Shown: piece after piece, positions 50,374-58,749 of the stretch
Layout: every line of letters starts with the position of its first letter
How positions within the stretch are numbered: position 1 is the first letter of the stretch
Source of the DNA: Fimbriimonadales bacterium
Lineage (GTDB): Bacteria > Armatimonadota > Fimbriimonadia > Fimbriimonadales > ATM1
Length of the DNA: 64,000 bases
Direction of reading: 5' to 3'
NCBI GenBank assembly: GCA_051003155.1
Contig: JBPCLO010000051.1
Location: forward strand, 64,001 to 128,000
Translations under genes and position numbers: made by a program
Notes under the pieces: generated by a model
What the model was told of the DNA's origin: nothing
Databases searched by the model: none
The model's input: only the letters and a program-made list of their open reading frames with translations

Positions 50374-50449
50374 TGGGGCGGCGAATGGGTCTTGAACCCA
50401 CGACCTCCTGAGCCACAGTCAGGCGCTCTACCCCTGAGCTACCGCCGCC
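50374..50449 (-). tRNA. tRNA-His(GTG)
   Basis: G-1:C73 pair; CCTGA-CTGTGGC-TCAGG; GGTTCAAGACC; encoded CCA. Confidence 0.96.
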
Positions 50450-50476
50450 ACGAGCCGGATATTGTACCGCAAGGAT

Positions 50477-53083
50477 CTAGTCGATAGACCAGCCGACAAG
50501 GTCGATCCGGTAGTGCCAAGGAAACGTAAAGACCGCCCCCGTCGACCGTGATCCCACGCGGGCAAGAACTGCATTTGTGTTCGGTTCGACGAAATGAGAC
50601 GGGGGTCCGGGCGCGGAGGCCGAATGGGTCGCATCGGACAGGCCGAGCAGATCTGTCCGTGCAAGCACCCACTGGCCGGTGACGAAGTTGAACATCTCAA
50701 CTCCTTGCTGCAGATTGTTCGTCGACCCGGCGGATTCGACAACGAAGAACACGGACCTGGGGTTGGACGTACCCGAGGTCGCGCCGAACTGAACGAGCAC
50801 GGCGCTGTCGTTGGTTGTGAAAACCGCGCCAGGACGGAACGAGAAATATTGGTTATCACTTTGGAAGACGTTGGAGAAGACTCCTGAAACAACCGAACCG
50901 CGAACGATTTGATGCGATATAGGAGGAAGGAGCGGCCCGACTATGAGGCTCTCCTGGATCGTCGCTTCGAACAGCTCTCCATATGAAATGGACTGCGCCT
51001 CGAAGGTGAGGGATTGCTGGCCGGGTGAATTCTGGGCAATGATTTCCCAAGATGCTTGCGCGGATTCGCCCGCGCCCAAGAAAGCGATGGCCTGTGGATT
51101 GTTTCCCGAGGCGATCTTCGCCCCGGAGAGGGTTACGTTCACGTTGTGCGCAGGCAGGTCGCCGGAGTTGGTGACCAGGACTGAGACCGGGACAGTCGAA
51201 CCGGGAACCGCATTGCCGGGGAGCGTCGCTTGCATAGAGAAGGCCGGGCCGTCGGCGGCCACGAAGTCCTCTTCCGTCGCAATCCCGTATCCTTCCGTGA
51301 GAACTTGCGGATCGAACGAGCCGGTCGTGTGTACCTTGAGAACGACGGCGGTGTCGGCGTCCACATCGATCTGCTCGACATTGTCGATGGCTGAAACGCT
51401 TTGGCCAAGATTGCCCGAATTCGATTGGCCATAAGCCACGAGGTCGAGGTTGCTGAGGCCCTCGATTTGATTGGGGTTTTGCGTCCCATTGAAGAGCACG
51501 TGACGATTCCATACGAGAGTTGCCTTCTCGCCGGTGAACATCGAGCCTTTGTAGAGCTTGAACCGCCGGATTCCGCCCACAGGCGCGGCGATCTCGTCTT
51601 CGAAAAGGTCCGCGCCGTTGGAATGGGCCTCGCCGAGGTCGAGGTAGCCCCAACCGAAGGTTCTGTTCCACTTGGAGCCAACGACGGGTCCGTCGTCGCC
51701 GGTTAGCTGTGTGTTATTGTCGTCCCACGCATCTGCGGCGTTCAGAAGCACGGCTTTGCCACCGTAGGTCGTAGTGGCTCCGAGTTGGCGAACGAGGAGA
51801 AAACCGCCGCCGGTATGTGGAGACGCGGAACTTGTTCCGCCCAAGTTGACGAAGCCGCTCCCGAAATTCCGGGTCGTCATCGTGTCGTTGCCGGGAGCGG
51901 TGATATCGGGCTTTTTGCGGCCGGCCAGGGTTGGCCCGCGGCTGCTCGTGCCGTAAATGATGTCGTCGTTACGCGTCGCGGTGTTGCGGTCGTCCATGTT
52001 GGCTGAGGCCATCAGATTGAAGGCCGGCGCCGGGTGGGTGATGGTCGTCGTTCCGAAGCCATTATTGCCGGTCGATTTGCTCACCATGACATTGAACGTG
52101 GAGATCGCGCCGTCGAAAAACTGGTCGAACGCGCTGTAATCCACGTCGTTCGCGCGGCCGTTGCCGAAGCTGTAATTTATGACTTCAGGCTTCTCCGCTG
52201 TCATGGTGACGAGGTAATTCATGCCGGCCATCGATGTCGTTTCGAAGCCGGCTTGCGCGACGCAAATCGTGTCGCAGCCGAACGCCATTCCCGTATACGT
52301 GGCGTCACCCGAGGCGAGGATTCCGGCCATACCGCTGCCATGCCCATCGGGGTCGGTCGTGCCGAAATTGCTTTCGAAGCGGTGCCCGGCGAAAGCCGGG
52401 TGGGCTTGATAAACGCCCGTATCGAGAACGCCGACGTCGAGCGTTCCCCCCGAGAGGCCGTTTGCCCAAAATCCGCCTACCAGCCCGAGGGAAGTTTTGT
52501 GCTGATCGAGTTCGGGGTGTCCACTTCGATCGATGTCGACCCAGGCGATGCGTGCGTAGCGGGCAATCTCGATAAGGCGGCTATTCGGAATGGTCGCAAA
52601 CATCGCCGGCACAAGGGTGACTACACCATTCACCCTCCCTCCGCGGCTGCGAATGTAGGCATCCGTTTGGGAGAAGTCGGTCGCCACTAATGAACCGATG
52701 CGCCTCGCGATCTCGTTGTTTTGCGCTGTTTGGAGTCGGTCGATTTCGCTGAGGAAGATTTGGCGCTCACTTTGGTCCGCAGGCAGAAGGGGACTAGGAT
52801 CGCGCCCTTCATCCTCAGGACGAATTGCGCCGGCGGGCCTATTGCCTCGCGAGAGCTGCCTTAGTCGCCAGCCCATATGGGCAATGTCCGGGCCGTACAT
52901 TCGCCTGACACTCTGTGAAACCGCATAGCCTGGCTGGTTCGTGAGGAAAATCACGACCGAAGACGTGCCACCCGGATTCCGCCGAGCGGCAGCGAGGGCA
53001 GCAGGAGACAAGTTGCCGCCTATCGGCGCAGACGGCATGACAGTAACGAGGCTGAGGAGGCAGATTGCCAGAAGTGTTCTCAA
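50477..53083 (-). CDS. Secreted S8 peptidase with Ig-like (NEW3/CARDB-like) domain and shared C-terminal domain
   Basis: VLDTG, DGHGS, KPDITAPG, GTSSASP; VTNSGDLPAHNV; last ~149 aa align with the C-terminal domain of 8233-9687. Confidence 0.9.
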   Translation of the reverse strand: MRTLLAICLLSLVTVMPSAPIGGNLSPAALAAARRNPGGTSSVVIFLTNQPGYAVSQSVRRMYGPDIAHMGWRLRQLSRGNRPAGAIRPEDEGRDPSPLLPADQSERQIFLSEIDRLQTAQNNEIARRIGSLVATDFSQTDAYIRSRGGRVNGVVTLVPAMFATIPNSRLIEIARYARIAWVDIDRSGHPELDQHKTSLGLVGGFWANGLSGGTLDVGVLDTGVYQAHPAFAGHRFESNFGTTDPDGHGSGMAGILASGDATYTGMAFGCDTICVAQAGFETTSMAGMNYLVTMTAEKPEVINYSFGNGRANDVDYSAFDQFFDGAISTFNVMVSKSTGNNGFGTTTITHPAPAFNLMASANMDDRNTATRNDDIIYGTSSRGPTLAGRKKPDITAPGNDTMTTRNFGSGFVNLGGTSSASPHTGGGFLLVRQLGATTTYGGKAVLLNAADAWDDNNTQLTGDDGPVVGSKWNRTFGWGYLDLGEAHSNGADLFEDEIAAPVGGIRRFKLYKGSMFTGEKATLVWNRHVLFNGTQNPNQIEGLSNLDLVAYGQSNSGNLGQSVSAIDNVEQIDVDADTAVVLKVHTTGSFDPQVLTEGYGIATEEDFVAADGPAFSMQATLPGNAVPGSTVPVSVLVTNSGDLPAHNVNVTLSGAKIASGNNPQAIAFLGAGESAQASWEIIAQNSPGQQSLTFEAQSISYGELFEATIQESLIVGPLLPPISHQIVRGSVVSGVFSNVFQSDNQYFSFRPGAVFTTNDSAVLVQFGATSGTSNPRSVFFVVESAGSTNNLQQGVEMFNFVTGQWVLARTDLLGLSDATHSASAPGPPSHFVEPNTNAVLARVGSRSTGAVFTFPWHYRIDLVGWSID

Positions 53084-53170
53084 TTTCTTCCCTTAATAAT
53101 CTGATTCTAACGGGAAATGCTCCGCGTGTGTGCGATTGCGAATCAATACAGTCGCATTCGTTACCGAAAC

Positions 53171-54256
53171 CTAAGAGTTTTGCTCCGCGCTCGGATAGCT
53201 TCCCAAGACCGTCGTTTTCAGCGCTAACTTCTTGAGCGACTCCACGGCTCGGATCATATTCTCATCCAAACGGTGGCCGACGCAGTCGATGAAGAACATG
53301 TACTCAAACGTCGCACGCTGTGCCGGGCGCGATTCGATCATCATCAGGTTGATGCCTTCTTCGACGAGTACTCCTAAGGCGCGATAGAGCTCACCGGGGC
53401 GATTGCGGAGGTTGAACATGAGGCTGGTCTTGTCCCGGCCGGTTTTTGACGGTTCATTGAATCCCACCACGAGGAATCGCGTTTTGTTGTGTGGATTGTC
53501 TTGTATGTGCTCGGCAAGAATCGGAATGCCCACGGTCTCTGCCCCAAGGCGATTGGCGATCGCGGCCCCAGTCGGGTCTCCGAGAGCCCGCTGCGCGGCC
53601 TTGGCCGTGGGTACCACCTCGACGACCTCGGCTCTTGGCAGATTCTCGGCGAGCCAACGACGGCACTGGGTAGCCGGCTGTGGACCGGCAAACACCTTTT
53701 CGATTGTCTTCAACGATTCCGCGACGCTTACCAGGTGGTGGTAAACGTCGACGTACAATTCCGAGCAAATCTTCACGTTAGTAAGTGGGAACATATCGAG
53801 CGTCTCGGGCACGACTCCCGCGATCGCGTTCTCCACTGGCACTACGCCATAGTCCGCGTGGCCCTGTTCGACTTGGCGAAAGACCTCTTCGATCGAATCA
53901 CGCGGCTGAAGATCGGAGCCGTGCCCGAAAACTTGGATAGCGGCAACGTGGCTAAAAGTGCCGGGCGGGCCCCAATAGGCGGCTGCAAGGGGCTTTTCTG
54001 CGGCGCGCGCGGCGCTGATGATCTCGCGGAAGATGTCGGTCAGCTGCCGATTCTGCAACGGGCCCGGGTTGATGCCGCTCAGGCTTTCGTAAATCTGCCG
54101 CTCGCGCTCGGGGGTGAAAAAAGGTTTGCCGTCCTTCCCTTTCACTTGCCCTATTTCGATAGCAAGGCCCGCGCGCCGGTTCAACAGCTCAACGAGATCC
54201 GCGTCCACCTCGTCGATCTCCTTGCGCACGTCTTCGATTGGCCGCCCATCCTCCAC
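53171..54256 (-). CDS. pheA: Chorismate mutase/prephenate dehydratase
   Basis: RKEIDEVD, GPPGTFS, PVEN, TRF, NRPGEL, IESRP; GTG start. Confidence 0.95.
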   Translation of the reverse strand: MEDGRPIEDVRKEIDEVDADLVELLNRRAGLAIEIGQVKGKDGKPFFTPERERQIYESLSGINPGPLQNRQLTDIFREIISAARAAEKPLAAAYWGPPGTFSHVAAIQVFGHGSDLQPRDSIEEVFRQVEQGHADYGVVPVENAIAGVVPETLDMFPLTNVKICSELYVDVYHHLVSVAESLKTIEKVFAGPQPATQCRRWLAENLPRAEVVEVVPTAKAAQRALGDPTGAAIANRLGAETVGIPILAEHIQDNPHNKTRFLVVGFNEPSKTGRDKTSLMFNLRNRPGELYRALGVLVEEGINLMMIESRPAQRATFEYMFFIDCVGHRLDENMIRAVESLKKLALKTTVLGSYPSAEQNS

Positions 54257-54292
54257 GAACAGAGAATAACCGAATCGGGCGTATTGAAACCC

Positions 54293-55144
54293 ATGAGCAC
54301 CCAGATACCACCGCAGCATCAGGAGCACCAGCCGGGCGTCGAGTCGCAAATGAAGCCGAAACCCGTTTCGGAAGACGCCAAGTATCGCGGGAGCGGCAAG
54401 CTGGAGGGCAAGGTTGCGATCATTACCGGAGGGGATAGCGGTATCGGGAAGGCCGTGGCGATCGCGTTCGCGAAGGAAGGGGCCGACGTGGCCATCGCTT
54501 ACCTGGAGGAGCATGCCGACGCTGAGGAGACGCAAAGGCAGGTTCGAGAAGAAGGACGCCGGTGCGTCACCATCGCGGGCGACTTGGGCAACGAGGGGTT
54601 CTGCAAGCAGGTCGTGGATGCGGCCGTCCAGCAACTGGGAAAAATCGATGTGCTTGTCAACAACGCCGCCGTCCAGTATCCGCAGGAAAGGCTCGAGGAC
54701 ATCACGGCCGAGCAACTGGAGAAGACCTTTCGAACCAACATCTTCGCCTACTTCTTTCTTACCAAGGCTGCTCTGCCGCACATGAAGGAAGGGAGCGCGA
54801 TCATCAACTGCACCTCGGTCACCGCCTATCGCGGCAGCCCGCACCTCCTCGACTACTCCGCGACGAAAGGCGCGATCCTGGCGTTTACCCGTTCGCTCTC
54901 GGGCGCTTTGGTGAAGCGCGGGATTAGGGTCAACGGAGTTGCGCCCGGGCCGATCTGGACTCCGCTGATTCCCTCCAGTTTTTCTGCGGAGGAAGTGGCC
55001 GATTTCGGCCAAGACGTACCAATGGGCCGCCCGGGCCAGCCCGAGGAAGTTGCCCCGAGTTTCGTGTTTCTTGCGTCGGACGACGCGTCGTATATGACCG
55101 GCCAGGTGCTTCACCCCAACGGCGGCGAGATGGTGGGCGGCTAA
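54293..55144 (+). CDS. SDR oxidoreductase (YhdF/YghA-like)
   Basis: TGGDSGIG, NNAA, YSATK, PGPIWT. Confidence 0.93.
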   Translation: MSTQIPPQHQEHQPGVESQMKPKPVSEDAKYRGSGKLEGKVAIITGGDSGIGKAVAIAFAKEGADVAIAYLEEHADAEETQRQVREEGRRCVTIAGDLGNEGFCKQVVDAAVQQLGKIDVLVNNAAVQYPQERLEDITAEQLEKTFRTNIFAYFFLTKAALPHMKEGSAIINCTSVTAYRGSPHLLDYSATKGAILAFTRSLSGALVKRGIRVNGVAPGPIWTPLIPSSFSAEEVADFGQDVPMGRPGQPEEVAPSFVFLASDDASYMTGQVLHPNGGEMVGG

Positions 55145-55238
55145 CGTTTGCCATAATACGCGTGTGGGTAACGTTCTTCGCTCGCTTGTCCGTGAACGGA
55201 TCGGCCGGGCAGCCTTTCCCGAGACTAGGAGAACATCA

Positions 55239-56687
55239 ATGAAATATGCAGCCAGCGCCATCGCCTTCTTCCTCGCCATTTGCGCGAACGCCCAATGGAC
55301 CGTCGTCTACCTGCACCCCGACGGCTGGAAAAACTCCGTCGCCTTCGGCGCGGGCGGCGGCGAGCAGGGGGGCGTCGTCGTCGAGAACAATGGGCGGCGT
55401 CACCCCTCCTTGTGGAATGGCACGGCATCATCTTGGAAGGACCTCACGCCGCCCGGGTTCTTTGACGGGCAGGTACACGGCGTGCGGGGTGGCCGGCAGG
55501 TGGGATACTCCTTTGAAAATCAAACGGGAACAGTCCGTAGACATGCCATCCTGTGGAGCGGCACTGCGGAATCTGCGGTTAGCCTCATGCCCGCCGGCGT
55601 GGATGAATCGTGGGCATTTGGCATGAGCGAGGATCAGCAAGTAGGTATTGCGGGGGGCTCGGGGGCGGCTCTATGGAGCGGCACCGCCGAATCGCATGTG
55701 AGTCTGCATCCCGCCGGTGCGCAACACTCGTATGCCTACGGCGTGAGCGGCGGCCAGCAGGTGGGCATTGCCGCTGTTGGTGGGGCGTTTCACGCGAGCC
55801 TATGGCACGGCACGGCCGAGTCTTGGGTGGACTTGACCCCAGCCGGATCGGGTTGGTCGGAGGCACTAGGTATCCACGCCGGCCAGCAGGTGGGTTACGC
55901 AGATGTCGACGGCAACTATCGCGCCAGCCTTTGGAAAGGCACGGCCGATTCGTGGGTGGACCTGACCCCGTCCGGGGCGCCTAGCGGGATTGCCTACGGC
56001 GTGCACGCCGGCCAACAGGTGGGTTACGCGCACATAGGGGTAGTGGACGGCCGGGATCACGCCGGCTTGTGGTGCGGCACGGCCGGCTCGTGGATTGATC
56101 TCCATGCGTTCCTGCCGCCGGAGTTCTCGTCCTCCGAAGCCAGGGATATCTCGCACGATGGCCCCTTCACCTATGTGGTCGGCGGGGGGCGGTTCAACGG
56201 GCTTAAGGCGCTGATGTGGGTTTCACAGGCCGTAGCGCCAACCTCCTACAGCATGTTTCGCGGTTCGATCATCTCAGGCAACCTGGCCTCGCTGCAGACT
56301 AGCGACGACGACAGGCTCGTGATGAGGCCGGGGACCGTGTTCTCCAATGCCGAGCCGCCGATACAGGTCATCCTGAATGCGACCGCGCCGACTTCCTCGC
56401 CCACCGGCTTCAGCTTCTCGCTGGAGTCGAACGCGAGCATCGCCAACGCCGAGCAGAAGATCTCGCTCTATGACTATGTCACCGGCCAGTACGAGGTCCT
56501 CGATACTCGCTTGGCGACGACTGCCGACGACACGGTAAACGTGAATGTCACAAGCAACACATCGCGCTTCATCCAGCCCCTTACCATGGCCATTCGGGCC
56601 AGAGTGAGCTACCGCGCGCTCGGCTCGACGTTCATCTACCCATGGCTCGGCCGCATCGATAAGGCATGGTGGACCTTCCCGGGATAG
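55239..56687 (+). CDS. Secreted beta-repeat protein with conserved 150-aa C-terminal domain
   Basis: Signal peptide MKYAASAIAFFLAICANA; repeats GQQVGY...ASLWxGTAxSWVDLTP. Confidence 0.82.
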   Translation: MKYAASAIAFFLAICANAQWTVVYLHPDGWKNSVAFGAGGGEQGGVVVENNGRRHPSLWNGTASSWKDLTPPGFFDGQVHGVRGGRQVGYSFENQTGTVRRHAILWSGTAESAVSLMPAGVDESWAFGMSEDQQVGIAGGSGAALWSGTAESHVSLHPAGAQHSYAYGVSGGQQVGIAAVGGAFHASLWHGTAESWVDLTPAGSGWSEALGIHAGQQVGYADVDGNYRASLWKGTADSWVDLTPSGAPSGIAYGVHAGQQVGYAHIGVVDGRDHAGLWCGTAGSWIDLHAFLPPEFSSSEARDISHDGPFTYVVGGGRFNGLKALMWVSQAVAPTSYSMFRGSIISGNLASLQTSDDDRLVMRPGTVFSNAEPPIQVILNATAPTSSPTGFSFSLESNASIANAEQKISLYDYVTGQYEVLDTRLATTADDTVNVNVTSNTSRFIQPLTMAIRARVSYRALGSTFIYPWLGRIDKAWWTFPG

Positions 56688-56747
56688 GCAATCACCGCGT
56701 CATGGAACGGGATTCTATTGCCCGGGAAGGGCGGGTCGGCTTGCGGG

Positions 56748-57836
56748 CTACAGGTCGTTGCGGGCAAATCTCGGAACGCGGCCGTCCGCCGAGGGCAGTG
56801 GATCAAAGGGCACGTGAGGCTCCGCTTGGTACCAATACGCAACCGAAGAGTAGTCGTTTTGCTGGAGGTTGGCATGTCCATGCTCAAAAGAAAACTTGAT
56901 GCTCTTCGAGAAGATGATGGGGTCGAGGATGTGCAGGCGGTAGCCGGTACACGCCTTCCTGTCCGGATGCGCCTCGTTATGCTCGTGAATGCTTGTACCG
57001 CCGTACAAGCACGCCTGCTCGTGCATGCCCCAGGCTTGAGTGAAATAGTCCTCGCTTCCCGTTCCATGCAAAGTTGGTGACTCGTCGCCGTCGATCCAGA
57101 ACATGTCGTCTCCCTCTCCCCACCAAGTCGTCGCTCCGGTTTCCATGGCTATATCAATGTTCTCGACGCTTAGGTTGCATCCGACGAAGTGGCCAGAGCC
57201 TTGGGCCTCAAACACCAAATAGTTTCCCTCTCCTGAGAGATTCTCGACTCCCATTTGGCTCCAGTACGCTTTGCCGCGACTTATCAGGGTGCCTCCGTCG
57301 ACCGTTGTCGGATACTCCTGTCGATACTGCGCGTGGAATCGCAGGTCGGTATCGGATGCTTCGAACTCATCGTAGTCGATGTAGAAGTAGAGGCTCTCGC
57401 ACGGCTGGACGCTTTGGTTCTCAACCTCGATGCGCATTCCTCCGGAGAACGGCATCGGAAAGTAGCAGTTCAGCGCAACGCCACCACCCAGGTTGCCCTG
57501 GATTTCCGGTGTGCAGACCGCGTTGAAGGATGCGTTTTGGAAGTTTGCGGCGATACCATGGCCCAGGCAGAAGAAGTCGCCGACTGGACATTCAACGCTC
57601 GGGTACGATTCGCCATCCCAGAACGCGCGAATCACCATCTTGCGCAAGTACAAGGGGTCCCTGTGGCTCGCCGTAAGCCAAACGTGACGAATGACACCCG
57701 CCCCTCCCGTATCCGCGATCACGGCGATCTCATCAGCCGCGAGGGCGACCCAATCGCTGTTGCCTCCGCCGCGGTCCCAACTGGAGGATCGGCGAGTGCG
57801 GCCGCGCCGCGGATAGGCGAGTTCGCTAAAGGGCAT
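56748..57836 (-). CDS. DUF2961 / GH172 family protein
   Basis: SSWDRGGGNSD, PVGDFF, NCYFPMPF, WWGEGDD, GTGSEDYF, SVAYWYQ. Confidence 0.9.
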   Translation of the reverse strand: MPFSELAYPRRGRTRRSSSWDRGGGNSDWVALAADEIAVIADTGGAGVIRHVWLTASHRDPLYLRKMVIRAFWDGESYPSVECPVGDFFCLGHGIAANFQNASFNAVCTPEIQGNLGGGVALNCYFPMPFSGGMRIEVENQSVQPCESLYFYIDYDEFEASDTDLRFHAQYRQEYPTTVDGGTLISRGKAYWSQMGVENLSGEGNYLVFEAQGSGHFVGCNLSVENIDIAMETGATTWWGEGDDMFWIDGDESPTLHGTGSEDYFTQAWGMHEQACLYGGTSIHEHNEAHPDRKACTGYRLHILDPIIFSKSIKFSFEHGHANLQQNDYSSVAYWYQAEPHVPFDPLPSADGRVPRFARNDL

Positions 57837-58028
57837 CCGCTACGGTTCGCCGGCGGACCCCCGCTTCCTTCAAAACGACGTCCACCTTGGGCATGCGACG
57901 CATACGCTGCCGTACACGATGCAAGCACAAGTTGCAGCAACGGAGCCCTTTGTCCCCGGGTGGAGAAGTGACGTTCGGGCCGACCGTCGCGGTTCCGCCA
58001 TTCATCGGCACGATTGTTTAGATAGGCG

Positions 58029-58364
58029 CTAGGAGCTCCGGCTCAGAGAGTCAGAGCCGTTCGTCACATCGACATATGCCGTCGCGGGCTTTACCACGCC
58101 GCCCACAAAAGCTACCGTCGATGCAATAACCCGTCCTATCGGCGCAGTCTTTGAGGTCACCAGCGTCGAGACCTCTACGGAACCGCCGGGTGGCACCGTG
58201 GCAGCGACGCTGGATTGATTGATCGTAACGTCGACCGGCGCGAAGTTCACGACAAAATTGTCCGCGTGATCAGCGGGCTCTTTGAGCGATAGGATGAAAA
58301 CTGCGGAGTCGCCCACTCCTATAGGCGTTCTCTTTGGGTTGAGCGCCGGTACGTGATGTGACAT
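58029..58364 (-). CDS. Small beta-rich hypothetical protein (paralogue of 58390-58701)
   Basis: GAGGAG RBS; MSHH start; aligns with its neighbour. Confidence 0.7.
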   Translation of the reverse strand: MSHHVPALNPKRTPIGVGDSAVFILSLKEPADHADNFVVNFAPVDVTINQSSVAATVPPGGSVEVSTLVTSKTAPIGRVIASTVAFVGGVVKPATAYVDVTNGSDSLSRSS

Positions 58365-58389
58365 AATCCACTACTCCTCAATGAAAGTT

Positions 58390-58701
58390 TTACGTGACGA
58401 CGACGTGCGCCTTTGCGACAATCGATGTGTTGTTTACCCACGCACAGCAGTTCGCGGTCAGGACGCCACCCCCTGAATCTTGAATCGTCCCCGTGATCGG
58501 CACGTCGATCACCACCGATTGCCCGGGCTGAACCGTATATTCGCTACACGGCGTGTTGATCGTGACGACGATGGGTGTGAGATGAACGATGAAATCGTCC
58601 GCGTCGGGTTCTCCCCTGGAGAGCGAGAACGTAAACCGGGCGATCTGGCCCACAGGTACGGTTGGCGTATTAGCAATGAGAACTGGTCCGTGATGTGACA
58701 A
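58390..58701 (-). CDS. Small beta-rich hypothetical protein (paralogue of 58029-58364)
   Basis: TATAAT and GAGG upstream; TTG start giving MSHH. Confidence 0.7.
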   Translation of the reverse strand: MSHHGPVLIANTPTVPVGQIARFTFSLSRGEPDADDFIVHLTPIVVTINTPCSEYTVQPGQSVVIDVPITGTIQDSGGGVLTANCCAWVNNTSIVAKAHVVVT

Positions 58702-58749
58702 TAGTTTCCTCTTCGGGCGATTATATTCTGCTCGCGCGAGCAGAGTCCT

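Noticed and set aside
53171..55279. 702-aa 'extended PheA' ORF and 551-aa 'extended SDR' ORF overlapping on opposite strands
   Set aside because: Each extension is the antisense shadow of the other real gene; real starts are at 54256 (-) and 54293 (+)
57826..58011. Third small paralogue after the MSHH pair
   Set aside because: The 61-aa ORF shows no alignable similarity to the pair and has no clear RBS
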